A stretch of 64,000 nt of DNA from Bacteroidia bacterium (GTDB taxonomy: Bacteria > Bacteroidota > Bacteroidia > AKYH767-A > OLB10), in NCBI GenBank assembly GCA_016788065.1, contig JAEUTI010000008.1:62428-126427 (forward strand), read 5' to 3'. Position 1 is the first letter of the stretch. Each line of letters begins with the position of its first letter. The notes under the pieces were generated by a model. The model worked only from the letters and a program-made list of their open reading frames with translations, made no database searches and was not told where the DNA came from. Position numbers and translations under genes: made by a program. Below are positions 39,547 through 50,151 of the stretch, one piece after another.

Positions 39547-40857
39547 ATGGGAAATAGTTTCGAAGTAACAGGTGGCCTTACTCTTAAAGGTGATATAATT
39601 CCTCAAGGAGCAAAAAATGAAGCATTGCAGATTATATGTGCAGTGTTATTAACACCTCAGCCTGTAACAATCAGCAATATTCCTGATATCAGGGATGTAA
39701 ATAAATTGATCGAATTGCTCGCTAATATGGGCGTTCGTTTGACAAGAAAAGGTGAAGGTATAATAGAGTTTCAGGCCGATAATGTTAATCTCGATTTTCT
39801 GGAGACTACTGATTTTGCCAAGCAAGCAGCTGCATTGCGGGGTTCTATTATGATCGTAGGACCATTACTTGCAAGGTTTGGAAAGGCACATATTCCTAAG
39901 CCCGGTGGCGATAAAATTGGTCGCCGGAGATTAGATACCCACTTTATCGGGTTCATGAATCTGGGAGCAAAATTCGACTTCGATTCTAAAGACGAATTTT
40001 ATAAAGTTGAAGCAAAAGAATTGAGAGGAGCTTATATGCTCCTCGATGAGGCTTCTGTAACCGGTACAGCCAATATTGTTATGGCTGCAGTTCTTGCCAA
40101 AGGACGAACAACGATTTACAATGCAGCATGTGAACCTTATATTCAGCAACTATGCAAGATGTTGAATAATATGGGAGCTAAAATTTCCGGAATCGGTTCT
40201 AATCTGCTGATCATTGATGGCGTTGATGGTCTCGGAGGTTGTTCGCACCGCATGTTACCCGATATGATTGAAATCGGTAGTTTTATCGGACTGGCGGCTA
40301 TGACCGGATCAGAAATTACCATCAAAGATGCGGGTATCGAACATTTGGGTGTAATCCCTGGTGTGTTCCGTCGCCTCGGAATTAATATGGAGTTTCGTGG
40401 TGATGACATCCACATCCCAGCACAGGATCATTACGAAATAGATACTTTTATTGATGGCTCTATTCTTACCATAGCAGATGCCATCTGGCCCGGTTTCACA
40501 CCCGATTTGTTGAGTGTGGTGCTGGTTACAGCAACTCAGGCAAATGGAACAGTCCTGATTCACCAAAAAATGTTCGAATCAAGACTCTTTTTCGTTGATA
40601 AGCTGATTGACATGGGTGCCCAAATAATCCTTTGTGATCCTCATAGGGCAACCGTAATAGGACTCAACCGCAAGCATGCTTTGCGTGGTATTCAAATGAC
40701 CTCGCCCGATATCAGAGCAGGTGTGGCTTTGCTCATTGCCGCTCTTTCGGCTGATGGTAAAAGCATCATCCATAACATTGAACAAATTGACCGCGGTTAC
40801 CAGAAAATCGATGAACGCTTAAATAAATTGGGTGCTAAAATTAAAAGGGTCTCCTAA
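39547..40857 (+). CDS. murA: UDP-N-acetylglucosamine 1-carboxyvinyltransferase
   Basis: 436 aa in the EPSP-synthase/MurA family, with the GAKNEALQIICAVLLT N-terminus. Confidence 0.95.
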   Translation: MGNSFEVTGGLTLKGDIIPQGAKNEALQIICAVLLTPQPVTISNIPDIRDVNKLIELLANMGVRLTRKGEGIIEFQADNVNLDFLETTDFAKQAAALRGSIMIVGPLLARFGKAHIPKPGGDKIGRRRLDTHFIGFMNLGAKFDFDSKDEFYKVEAKELRGAYMLLDEASVTGTANIVMAAVLAKGRTTIYNAACEPYIQQLCKMLNNMGAKISGIGSNLLIIDGVDGLGGCSHRMLPDMIEIGSFIGLAAMTGSEITIKDAGIEHLGVIPGVFRRLGINMEFRGDDIHIPAQDHYEIDTFIDGSILTIADAIWPGFTPDLLSVVLVTATQANGTVLIHQKMFESRLFFVDKLIDMGAQIILCDPHRATVIGLNRKHALRGIQMTSPDIRAGVALLIAALSADGKSIIHNIEQIDRGYQKIDERLNKLGAKIKRVS

Positions 40858-40917
40858 AATCTAAAAAGTGGTACTATTTTTGTAAATAATTACCGTCCAA
40901 AAAAACTTGAAAATCCT

Positions 40918-41442
40918 ATGAAACGTATTAATTTGATGCTTCTGATGATTGGTGTTGCCACCTTTGCATTCGGATTTATTTATCAGTCAAATCCACAGGG
41001 CACCAATGTCGGTGACAAAGCTATTGATCTGGCTTTCACAAGTCCTGAAGGAAAAACAATTGCTCTTTCTTCTCTCCGTGGTAAAGTAGTTTTAATCGAT
41101 TTTTGGGCTTCCTGGTGTGGACCATGCCGTATGGAAAATCCAAATCTGGTTGCTGCTTACAATAAATACAAAGACGCTAAATTTAAAAGTGGTAAAGGTT
41201 TTACCATTTATAGCGTTTCCCTGGATCAAAATAAGGATGCCTGGATGAAGGCCATTAAACAAGATAATCTATCCTGGTCATACCATGTGAGTGACCTTGG
41301 CGGATGGCAATCAAAACCAGCTCAAATTTACCGGGTTAACTCAATTCCAGCCAGTTACTTACTTGATGATAAAGGAGTAATTGTTGGTAAAAATCTTAGA
41401 GGTCCGGCTTTGGAGCAGGCTCTCGAGAAGTTGATGAAGTAA
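40918..41442 (+). CDS. TlpA-like thioredoxin-fold thiol-disulfide oxidoreductase
   Basis: Signal/TM segment, then DFWASWCGPCRMENP (WCGPC active site). Confidence 0.8.
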   Translation: MKRINLMLLMIGVATFAFGFIYQSNPQGTNVGDKAIDLAFTSPEGKTIALSSLRGKVVLIDFWASWCGPCRMENPNLVAAYNKYKDAKFKSGKGFTIYSVSLDQNKDAWMKAIKQDNLSWSYHVSDLGGWQSKPAQIYRVNSIPASYLLDDKGVIVGKNLRGPALEQALEKLMK

Positions 41443-41603
41443 TTCTGTTAAATATACCTTGAAACGACAGGTTGGCCTCAAGCCGATCTGTCGTTTTTAT
41501 TTACTTTTGCCTGCCAAAATGACCCGATTCAGGCTGTGGCAAACTATTTGACCCTCCCAGTGAAATGAAATTCAAATTCAGTAATCCGTTTAACCAGAAT
41601 AAG

Positions 41604-42176
41604 ATGTCGCAAGAAAAGGATAATCCTAATAACACAGATAATACTATTGATAACGAGCAAGTTACACCTGTTGGCGAACCTTTTTCCGATGAAATTTCAC
41701 CCGATTTACCCCCTGTTGATGAGGGTAACGACCTAAGTAAGTTGAAAGACGAATTGGCAGAAAGTCGTGACAAATTTTTACGCCTCTATTCCGAATTCGA
41801 TAATTTTCGAAAAAGAACGCAAAGGGAGCGTCTCGATCTTCTAAAAAGTGCCGGTGCCGATGTTATTATCGCCCTTTTACCGGTGCTCGATGATTTTGAC
41901 AGGGCTCAGAAAGCTTTTTCTACAACAAACGGTGACAGCGCCCTCAAAGAAGGAGTAGATTTGATTCATAATAAAATGGTTTCCTTATTACAACAAAAAG
42001 GCCTATCCAAAATGGAATCGGTGGGGAAAGAATTTGATGTGGAATTTCATGAAGCAATTACCAACATCCCTGCACCAACTCCGGATCTGGTAGGTAAAGT
42101 GGTTGATGAAGCCGAAAGTGGTTATTTACTGAATGGGAAAGTCATTCGGCATGCAAAAGTTATTGTTGGTAATTAA
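41604..42176 (+). CDS. grpE: Nucleotide exchange factor GrpE
   Basis: …LRLYSEFDNFRKRTQRER… is the GrpE signature. I prefer the internal ATG at about 41604 (MSQEKDNP…). It is followed by dnaJ. Confidence 0.9.
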   Translation: MSQEKDNPNNTDNTIDNEQVTPVGEPFSDEISPDLPPVDEGNDLSKLKDELAESRDKFLRLYSEFDNFRKRTQRERLDLLKSAGADVIIALLPVLDDFDRAQKAFSTTNGDSALKEGVDLIHNKMVSLLQQKGLSKMESVGKEFDVEFHEAITNIPAPTPDLVGKVVDEAESGYLLNGKVIRHAKVIVGN

Positions 42177-42197
42177 GAATTAAGGAAATCTGTATTT

Positions 42198-43358
42198 ATG
42201 GCAAAGCGTGATTTTTATGAAATTTTAGGTGTGGGCAAATCTGCCGGAGATGCTGAAATTAAAAAAGCATACCGGCAAATGGCATTGAAATACCATCCCG
42301 ATAAAAACCCTGGTAACAAGGAAGCTGAAGATAAATTTAAAGAAGCTGCCGAAGCTTACGAGGTACTCAGTGATGCCGATAAACGTCGCCGTTATGATCA
42401 GTTTGGTCATCAGGGTGTAGGTGGCGCCGCAGGAAATGGTGGCTATGGTGGCGGAATGAATATGGATGATATTTTCAGTCAGTTCGGCGATATTTTCGGA
42501 GGACACAATCCATTTGAGAGTTTCTTTGGCGGTGGTGGCAATGGAAGTGGCGGTCGTCGTTATGTAAATAAAGGAACCAATCTCCGTATTAAAGTTAAAT
42601 TGACTCTGGCCGAAATTGCCAATGGAGTTGAGAAAAAAATAAAAGTAAATAAAACTATTCCTTGTAATTCATGCAGTGGTAGTGGTGCTCAAAATGGTTC
42701 TTCATTTAGTAAATGCAGTACTTGTAATGGTGCCGGTCAGGTTCGACGGGTTACAAATACCATTTTGGGTCAGATGCAAACTACCTCTACGTGTCCATCC
42801 TGCCAGGGCGAAGGACAAACTATAACCAATAAATGTAAAAGCTGTCATGGTCATGGAACTATGCCAGGTGAAGAAGTGATTTCTATTAACATTCCGGCCG
42901 GCGTAGGTGAGGGAATGCAGGTGAATGTAAGTGGCAAAGGAAATGCTGCCGAACGTGGTGGATTACCAGGCGATTTGCTCATTGTAATTGAAGAAATCGA
43001 AGATCAGTTCCTGAAAAGAGATGGTCACAATTTATTGTATGATTTATACATATCAATTCCTGATGCTGCATTAGGTACCAGTGTCGAAATTCCTACGGTA
43101 GATGGAAAGGCTAAAGTAAAAATTGATGCAGGTACACAAGCCGGCAAAGTGTTACGTCTGAAAGGAAAAGGCCTTCCGCAACTCAATAGTCACTATAAAG
43201 GTGATCTCCTCATAAATATCAATGTGTGGACACCACAAACACTGACTTCAGAAGAAAAGAAAATACTCGAAAAATTAAAAACATCCGACAACTTTAAGCC
43301 ACATCCCGGTAAAGGTGATAAAAGCTTCTTTGAAAAGATGAAGGAGTATTTTAATTGA
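42198..43358 (+). CDS. dnaJ: Molecular chaperone DnaJ
   Basis: J-domain (YHPDKNPG), a G/F-rich region and four CxxCxGxG zinc-finger repeats. Confidence 0.95.
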   Translation: MAKRDFYEILGVGKSAGDAEIKKAYRQMALKYHPDKNPGNKEAEDKFKEAAEAYEVLSDADKRRRYDQFGHQGVGGAAGNGGYGGGMNMDDIFSQFGDIFGGHNPFESFFGGGGNGSGGRRYVNKGTNLRIKVKLTLAEIANGVEKKIKVNKTIPCNSCSGSGAQNGSSFSKCSTCNGAGQVRRVTNTILGQMQTTSTCPSCQGEGQTITNKCKSCHGHGTMPGEEVISINIPAGVGEGMQVNVSGKGNAAERGGLPGDLLIVIEEIEDQFLKRDGHNLLYDLYISIPDAALGTSVEIPTVDGKAKVKIDAGTQAGKVLRLKGKGLPQLNSHYKGDLLININVWTPQTLTSEEKKILEKLKTSDNFKPHPGKGDKSFFEKMKEYFN

Positions 43359-43396
43359 TTTTTTTTTTAAAAGTATTCATCTATAAATTCAGGAAG

Positions 43397-44254
43397 TTAC
43401 TGCTTCCTTATAGTCAGCGAAGTACCGGCATGAATTTTCTTTCCGGTACTTATTTCATAATTTGACTTGTACTTTTCGTATATGGTTTCCGGCTGTTCTA
43501 CACCATTAATGTATAAGTTGTTGTTTTCAAATGAAAATTCAAACCCTGAATCATTTTCAATGAGCTGATCATTTACAAGTTGTTCAGTAAGTTTTTGTTT
43601 CCATTTTATGTAACGCTCACTGTAGCCTTTTTCATCTGCCACTTTAACACTATTTTCTTCGAATGATTTTTTAATTGACTTTTGAATGATCTCTTCAAAT
43701 TCACCATATGACGATTTAGGTATCTCCATATCATCTTCAGTAAGATGGATTACATCACCATCAATTACCGTAACCGCTATTTTTTTATCATTTCGTGAAT
43801 AGTAGTATGTATATGCTCTGATGATGGGAGGAGCATCAGCAACAGTTTTTTTTGCACTAACTGAAGGTGCTTTTAATTCAGAAGCCAACTTTTCACTTTC
43901 GGGTTTATCAATTGATGCTGCTTCATCCGCTGATTCAGTTTCTTTAGCAATAATAGTGCTCACAGAATTTTCAGGGGATTGAATTGGAGCGTCCTCAGTT
44001 TGTACTTTTGATTTATTTAAATTGTTGTTTGATTTGTTTTCCGGTGTTTGGTTAAATACTACATAGGTTAAGGTGCTGACAGATAAAAATAATAAGGTCC
44101 ATACAATCCACATCCTGGAATTTTTTCCTTTCACAGGTGCAGGAGCATTTTTCAATAATTGCTGAACATCGTCAATGCTCATTACCGGTGTATCATTTGC
44201 CGATGTTTTGAGCAATTGATCCAATCTGTCGGATGTTTCTTTTTTATTTTGCAT
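43397..44254 (-). CDS. Single-pass membrane protein, candidate anti-sigma factor partner of the adjacent ECF sigma
   Basis: A short cytoplasmic N-terminus, one TM (MWIVWTLLFLSVSTLTYVVF) and a long Ser/Lys/Glu-rich periplasmic region. It lies immediately downstream of the ECF sigma gene on the same strand. I know of no recognisable conserved domain. Confidence 0.4.
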   Translation of the reverse strand: MQNKKETSDRLDQLLKTSANDTPVMSIDDVQQLLKNAPAPVKGKNSRMWIVWTLLFLSVSTLTYVVFNQTPENKSNNNLNKSKVQTEDAPIQSPENSVSTIIAKETESADEAASIDKPESEKLASELKAPSVSAKKTVADAPPIIRAYTYYYSRNDKKIAVTVIDGDVIHLTEDDMEIPKSSYGEFEEIIQKSIKKSFEENSVKVADEKGYSERYIKWKQKLTEQLVNDQLIENDSGFEFSFENNNLYINGVEQPETIYEKYKSNYEISTGKKIHAGTSLTIRKQ

Positions 44255-44266
44255 TGTGGAGGTTCC

Positions 44267-44812
44267 TTATATGCTGTTACTGTCTTGTTCCATTAGTTCA
44301 ATAAGCTTCTGACGGGCTCTGGCAATCCTTGATTTTACACCTGATAATGTTCCGCCCTGAATCTTCGCTATTTCTTCCATGGTAACACCTGATATTTCAT
44401 ACATTACCAGAGCTTCTTTTTGTTGCACAGGAAGTTGTTCCATCAGTTGGTATAGTTCCTGCAAGGCAATTTTATCATAAATTGTATTTCCGGAATCCAT
44501 TCGTTGATTTATGTGTGATTCCGTCATCACAACTTTTAAACTCGATTTATACCTGTATTTTTTTATAAGATTTGCTGCAACCGTGAACATAAAATATAAG
44601 AGACTTTCTTTATTCCGAATGGTGTCAAATTTTTCATAAGTCTTTAAAATTGTCTCCGATAATAAATCTCTCGCATCTTCACGGTTCCAGACCATCGACT
44701 GAATAAAGCGACTCAATCTGTTATGCAACGGCCCATATAATTCCATGAACTCTTCCCGCTGATTGTCAGTCAGGGGCTCTTGTTTTTCAATTGATGCGGA
44801 ATTAGCTCTCAT
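44267..44812 (-). CDS. RNA polymerase ECF-type sigma-70 family factor
   Basis: Region 2 (…FMELYGPLHNRLSRFIQSMVWNREDARDLLSETILKTYEKF…) and region 4 (…EALVMYEISGVTMEEIAKIQGGTLSGVKSRIARARQKL). The track ORF starts at a TTG at 44932. I prefer the internal ATG (MRANSAS…, about 44812, ±1 nt). Confidence 0.8.
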   Translation of the reverse strand: MRANSASIEKQEPLTDNQREEFMELYGPLHNRLSRFIQSMVWNREDARDLLSETILKTYEKFDTIRNKESLLYFMFTVAANLIKKYRYKSSLKVVMTESHINQRMDSGNTIYDKIALQELYQLMEQLPVQQKEALVMYEISGVTMEEIAKIQGGTLSGVKSRIARARQKLIELMEQDSNSI

Positions 44813-45003
44813 TTGACCTGTTAGAGCGGTGTCGGGAACTTTAGTTGCATCAAAAGCAGAAAAATTTCTAAGTGACTTAATATCAATTAATTGAATAGCA
44901 TACTGGTCACTCTTAACTGGAGCTAAAACCAATAAATCGACTACATGATTCCACCACCTTTCACAAGATGAAAAAAAGTGGCCGTATTTAATTTTTGTTA
45001 AAA

Positions 45004-47595
45004 TCAGTTTAGAATGAGTTTCGAAGTGTGAATGTACTGATCATTCTGTACTTTCACAAGATACATTCCTGCATCTAAATTTGATGTGTCAATCCTTTCA
45101 CCGGATTTATAGTCTCTAATCTCTTTCACTATTTTTCCGGAAATATCAAATATTGAAATTTGTTGAATGGAATTGTTCCCTGAAATAATGTGGAAGTAAT
45201 TTTTCGCAGGGTTAGGAATAAGTTGATAATTTCCAGCCGTTCCTTCCGAAATGCCTGTTGGTGCTACTACAAGATTTGTGGTAGTGTTGGTAATAATCGG
45301 AGCATTGAAATCGAAGTAAATTGCAGCGGTGTTTTGAATGGTTTGGCCTACGTTTAATCCCGGATCAATTTTCACTTTGTATTGTACATATCCGTGGCTG
45401 TTAGGTTCATCATTGGTTGAATCGGGCAGGTTGATATTTGGGAAATTGAATTTTATTACGTTGCCAATAACCTGAGTAAAAACATCGTGACTTGATTGTA
45501 AATAAGTGAATGTTGACTCCTGCAGTTTGGCATCCAGGGTATCTGAAATCACAATGTTCAGAGCAGGAGCATTCCCGGTGTTTTGAAAGTGAATGGTATA
45601 GGTTATCCACTCAGCAGTATTTGCAATAATATTCACCGGATTAGCTTCTTTGAAATTTGGATCAAAACTGTTCCAGACAGTAAAACAATGCGTATAGCTG
45701 TTATTCAAGGGATTTAAATCACTTGAAAGTAAAGTCACATTAACAGTAAAACATACATCGGGAATACCAAGTGTATTGGTATCGGTGGTCATGTAAAATT
45801 TAAAGGCATTATAAATATCGATAGCACCAAAATCAGCAATGTTATAAGTAAGTGTGTTGGGAGTTACAACCGGCACTTCACTTCCCGGGAAGATTCCGGC
45901 AAATTGAGCAGGACCAGCAAAGAAAACAGTAACAGTCCCTGAAGTTCCGGATGCACAATTCAAATTATAAACCTGTGCAATATCACCCGCAATGACATTC
46001 AAAAGTGTAGTTTGTGTAGGTCGGAATATTCCTGAGTCCTGAACAATAGTGTGAATTCCTAAATCATCCTGAATTTTACATTGCAAACCGAAATCCATAT
46101 TTAAATCAACAGAATCAAGTGCAGTAAGAATAGATTGATGCTCACCTGAAGGTGGACACAACACTTCAAAAGGCATATTCGTGGTATCAACCGAATACGT
46201 ATAAGTCCCTAATGGAACTTCGAAATCGTATTGACCACTTGGTAGTGTAACATTCTGTTGAATAAGATTCCCGGATTGATATAAATTAATTTTAACAGAA
46301 TTTGATACCGATTCACCCGGATCATCATTGCAGTTAGTGTTGTTATCGGCATACACTTTACCGGCAATGTTTAAATAAAAATCGCAGGCGTTGGAATTGA
46401 AAATATCGCAAACAGGGAAAGCGGACAATGGAGGTTGGCTCTGAGTTACATGTCCATAATTTGGAATACAATTTACTGAAGTATTCTGCCAGGAGAAATA
46501 GTTGATCCTTTTTAATTTCGGCAAACAATATAACATAGGATTGTTATCGAGATAGCAATAACCAATAGAGTCAGGCAATTCTGGTATTTGCATTACATTA
46601 CTATTTGTTATTGATAAAAATGTTACAGTATTGGGTATGTCAGGAATGGTTTGAATTAAATCATTATTGATTACAGTAAGCCATTCCAGATTACTAGGCA
46701 AGATAGGTATGTTAGATACCACATCATTTTCTCTAAGATCTAATTTGATAAGCGAATTGGGAAAAGTAGGTAAAGTTGTCAAATCCGAATGTTCTAAGGT
46801 TAGCGTTTCAAGATTTGGAGGAAGTATGGGTGTCACTATAAACCCCGGATTTCCAAAGCTCAATGAAGTGATGCTTGGGGGTAATGCTGTTAAACTGTCT
46901 AATAAACAATTGTTAACAAACAAGGTTTTAAGTGTAGAAGGCAACAATGGTAAATTTGAAAGTGATGTGTAATTTGCCTGCAGACTTAGGAGTGTTGAAG
47001 GAAGGCTGGGCAATGATTGTATTGGATTGATACCACAGTTAAGGCTCAATAAATCAGGAGGCAATACCGGGAGGCTGATGATTTGATTATTGAATACCAG
47101 CAAATAGCGCAACGTTGCTGGTAATGATGGCAAGGAGGTTAAATAATTTATATTAGCAATTAGGTTTTTAAGATTTGCCGGTAAAACTGGTAGATTATTT
47201 AATAAATTCTGTTGGCAATCAAGATATTCAAGTGTTGGTGGAAGCTCTAAAATAGTAGTTATGTTATTGTCAAGACAATTTAAGAAAATTAAACCCGGAG
47301 GAAGTTCATTGATGGAAGTCAGATTATTATTTTGGCAATAAAGTGTGTCAAGACTATCAAAAAATTGAATTCCGTAAAGATCAACTATGTTTTTATTTCC
47401 ACAATTTAAATAGGTAGCTCCTGTGATACCAGAACAAGTAGTATCCATTTGGTTGCCATTCATACACGAACCAAAATTAGTTTGTAAATAGGTCACAAAG
47501 TTCGCATCAGGAATGGTTACCCATTGGGCTATCGTTAAATTTGAAAACCCCACCAAAAAAATTGACATAATGCAGATGGTAGCTATTTTTTTCAT
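45004..47595 (-). CDS. Secreted leucine-rich-repeat protein (IpaH/YopM-style LPx LRRs) with a beta-rich region and a type-A T9SS C-terminal domain
   Basis: Signal peptide MKKIATICIMSIFLVGFSNLTIAQ. About 15 repeats of ~20-22 aa read L..L.C..N.LTSLP.LP..L. A long Thr/Asn-rich beta region follows. The C-terminal …LIPNPAKNYFHIISGN…ISIFDISGKIVKEI…LDAGMYLVKVQNDQYIHTSKLILN matches the type-A CTD. Confidence 0.7.
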   Translation of the reverse strand: MKKIATICIMSIFLVGFSNLTIAQWVTIPDANFVTYLQTNFGSCMNGNQMDTTCSGITGATYLNCGNKNIVDLYGIQFFDSLDTLYCQNNNLTSINELPPGLIFLNCLDNNITTILELPPTLEYLDCQQNLLNNLPVLPANLKNLIANINYLTSLPSLPATLRYLLVFNNQIISLPVLPPDLLSLNCGINPIQSLPSLPSTLLSLQANYTSLSNLPLLPSTLKTLFVNNCLLDSLTALPPSITSLSFGNPGFIVTPILPPNLETLTLEHSDLTTLPTFPNSLIKLDLRENDVVSNIPILPSNLEWLTVINNDLIQTIPDIPNTVTFLSITNSNVMQIPELPDSIGYCYLDNNPMLYCLPKLKRINYFSWQNTSVNCIPNYGHVTQSQPPLSAFPVCDIFNSNACDFYLNIAGKVYADNNTNCNDDPGESVSNSVKINLYQSGNLIQQNVTLPSGQYDFEVPLGTYTYSVDTTNMPFEVLCPPSGEHQSILTALDSVDLNMDFGLQCKIQDDLGIHTIVQDSGIFRPTQTTLLNVIAGDIAQVYNLNCASGTSGTVTVFFAGPAQFAGIFPGSEVPVVTPNTLTYNIADFGAIDIYNAFKFYMTTDTNTLGIPDVCFTVNVTLLSSDLNPLNNSYTHCFTVWNSFDPNFKEANPVNIIANTAEWITYTIHFQNTGNAPALNIVISDTLDAKLQESTFTYLQSSHDVFTQVIGNVIKFNFPNINLPDSTNDEPNSHGYVQYKVKIDPGLNVGQTIQNTAAIYFDFNAPIITNTTTNLVVAPTGISEGTAGNYQLIPNPAKNYFHIISGNNSIQQISIFDISGKIVKEIRDYKSGERIDTSNLDAGMYLVKVQNDQYIHTSKLILN

Positions 47596-47831
47596 GGCGT
47601 ATGAATTTAGTCAAATGTAATAAAAATAACTAAGTTAAGTATTTGATATGCAGCATTTTATTAACAATTTTTCACCATAAAAATTTGTGTGTTCGACACT
47701 GTTTTTTTAAAGTTAGCCAAATGTATTATAAGCTAACATGTGACGAATTCATCTGAAATTCAGATTATTATCCATCAATTTTCACAAATTTGCATGTTTA
47801 ACTTACCTTTACCAGCATTCATACCAGAATT

Positions 47832-48773
47832 ATGATTCTTAACATAAAAAATGTCACGAAACAGTACGCTACTCATAAGGCACTCGACCGTGTTTCGATG
47901 GAAGTGCCCAAAGGCAGTGTATTCGGTTTACTTGGACCCAATGGTGCAGGTAAAACCTCGCTTATCAGAATCATCAACCAAATTACAGCACCCGATGAAG
48001 GTGAGGTTTGGTTTAACGGCGAGAAACTCACTCAAAAGCATATTGGCAGTATCGGTTACTTGCCTGAAGAACGTGGTCTGTATAAGAAAATGGAGGTGGG
48101 AGAGCAGGCATTGTATCTCGCACAGCTAAAAGGAATTAGTCGACAAGATGCTGTTACCAAATTAAGGTATTGGTTCGATAAATTCGAGCTGAATGGCTGG
48201 TGGAGAAAAAAAGTTGAAGAACTAAGTAAAGGAATGCAACAAAAGGTACAATTTATAATTACTGTTTTGCATGAACCAAAACTCCTCATCTTAGACGAAC
48301 CATTCACAGGTTTTGATCCAATAAATGCAAATCTGATTAAAGATGAATTGTTAACACTTAAAGAAAAAGGTACCACCATCATTTTATCAACTCACCGGAT
48401 GGAATCAGTTGAGGAGTTATGCAGTCACATTGCACTCATTAACCGCTCCAATAAAATACTCGACGGTGCTGTGACTGATATCCGTAAACAATTCAAATCG
48501 GATAAATATGAAATCGATTACAAAGGAAATGGAATAGCATTTGCCAATGCCTTGTGGGCAGGATTTGAGTTGCTTTCACATGAACCACATGGTGATTTAA
48601 TGAGAGCTGTTATTAAGATGGGTAATGGTGCAAAAACAAATGATTTGCTAGCCGCTCTTATCCCAAATGTCGAAATTCATTCATTCCGTGAAATAGTTCC
48701 CGGTATGAGCGATATTTTTATATCTATAGTTAAGGAAAATAATTTAATGGAACCTGTAGCAAACGACTTATGA
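47832..48773 (+). CDS. ABC transporter ATP-binding protein (ABC-2/NatA-like, with a C-terminal DUF4162-like domain)
   Basis: Walker A GLLGPNGAGKTS, the LSKGMQQKV signature and Walker B LILDEPF. The stop overlaps the permease start. Confidence 0.9.
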   Translation: MILNIKNVTKQYATHKALDRVSMEVPKGSVFGLLGPNGAGKTSLIRIINQITAPDEGEVWFNGEKLTQKHIGSIGYLPEERGLYKKMEVGEQALYLAQLKGISRQDAVTKLRYWFDKFELNGWWRKKVEELSKGMQQKVQFIITVLHEPKLLILDEPFTGFDPINANLIKDELLTLKEKGTTIILSTHRMESVEELCSHIALINRSNKILDGAVTDIRKQFKSDKYEIDYKGNGIAFANALWAGFELLSHEPHGDLMRAVIKMGNGAKTNDLLAALIPNVEIHSFREIVPGMSDIFISIVKENNLMEPVANDL

Positions 48774-50104
48774 GCATAATTACACTTATTATCAAACGCG
48801 AATATCTGACTCGTGTTCAGAAGAAGTCATTTATCATTATGACTTTGCTGGGTCCTATTCTCATGGCTTCCATTTTCATTATTCCGGTGCTGATGGCCAA
48901 ATATGATGAAAATGAAGTCTCCAAAATTCAGGTGATCGATGAATCCGGTATGTTTAAAAATAAGCTTACCGATTCTCAAAGTATGGCCTTTGAATTAGAC
49001 ACGTTTTCTCTGCCCGTTGCTAAAACTATTTTTGATCCCGAGAAACACACAGCCATTCTCTACATTCCGGAAAATGTAATGACTAATTCATCTTCTGTAA
49101 TGTTATTCTCTGCCAAGCAACCTAACATTAACCTGGTAACTACAATTGAGCGTACCATTCAAAAGGAAATTGAAAATGTGAAGCTCAAAAATCAGGGGAT
49201 CAATCAGGAGACTTTGGATCAAATTAAAACTAAAGTTAAAATCAATACCCGAACGCTAACCGATAAAGGTGAAGAAGAAACCAATGCAGGACTAACAACA
49301 GCTGTAGGACTTATTGGTGGGTTATTGATTTACATGTTTATCTTCCTTTATGGTGCTCAGGTGATGCGGGGTGTTATTGAAGAAAAAACAAACCGCATTG
49401 TCGAAGTTATTATATCCTCTGTTCGCCCTTTTCAGTTAATGATGGGAAAGATTATAGGAATAGCATTGGTAGGATTAACACAATTTCTGCTTTGGATTAT
49501 TTTAACAATGACTATCTCGACTGTTGTTACCAGTCTTTTTGTCGATAAAAAACAAATGCAGGAACAAATGATGAGCCGACAATCTCCGCTTGGCACACCA
49601 TTGCCGGAATCAGTTGAAGATGGTTCCAAGGCTGCTGAAGATAATGTCACTGCCTCTATTTTCGGATCTTTGGAATCCCTCAACTTCCCCTTGCTGATAG
49701 GAGCATTTATTTTTTATTTTTTGGGTGGTTATTTGTTATATGGTGCTTTGTTTGCTGCGATTGGTGCCGCTGTTGATGGCGAATCTGATACACAGCAATT
49801 CATGTTGCCGATTACCATTCCTTTGATACTTTCATTTATAGTTGCTCAAAGCATTCTCCAGAATCCGGAAAGTAAAATAGGTTTCTGGTTTTCTATGATA
49901 CCTTTCACTTCTCCGGTGGTGATGATGGTGAGAATCCCTTTTGGTGTTGCACCATGGGAAATTATTTTGTCGATGGCTCTTCTGGTTTTAGGTTTTATAG
50001 GAACTACCTGGATCGCCGGCCGCATTTACCGAACCGGAATTCTCATGTATGGTAAAAAAGTAAATTGGAGAGAATTGGGTAAATGGCTATTTTACAAAGA
50101 ATAG
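48770..50104 (+). CDS. ABC-2 family transporter permease (NatB-like)
   Basis: 444 aa with an N-terminal TM, a large periplasmic loop and five C-terminal TMs. It is translationally coupled to the ATPase. Confidence 0.75.
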   Translation: MSIITLIIKREYLTRVQKKSFIIMTLLGPILMASIFIIPVLMAKYDENEVSKIQVIDESGMFKNKLTDSQSMAFELDTFSLPVAKTIFDPEKHTAILYIPENVMTNSSSVMLFSAKQPNINLVTTIERTIQKEIENVKLKNQGINQETLDQIKTKVKINTRTLTDKGEEETNAGLTTAVGLIGGLLIYMFIFLYGAQVMRGVIEEKTNRIVEVIISSVRPFQLMMGKIIGIALVGLTQFLLWIILTMTISTVVTSLFVDKKQMQEQMMSRQSPLGTPLPESVEDGSKAAEDNVTASIFGSLESLNFPLLIGAFIFYFLGGYLLYGALFAAIGAAVDGESDTQQFMLPITIPLILSFIVAQSILQNPESKIGFWFSMIPFTSPVVMMVRIPFGVAPWEIILSMALLVLGFIGTTWIAGRIYRTGILMYGKKVNWRELGKWLFYKE

Positions 50105-50151
50105 TATTTTATTGATATTTGTTTGGGAATTTGTTTTAATTTTTTAACTTC

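Noticed and set aside
43390-43425. Possible bidirectional terminator hairpin (AGGAAG-ttactg-CTTCCT) between dnaJ and the anti-sigma-like gene
   Set aside because: The stem is only 6 bp, it lacks a convincing T-tract, and it overlaps the 3' end of the minus-strand ORF. It is too weak to call.
47832-50104. gldA (gliding-motility ABC ATPase) for the ABC ATPase at 47832
   Set aside because: Its partner is a single 444-aa ABC-2 permease, not the gldF/gldG pair. It is a generic NatAB-like exporter.
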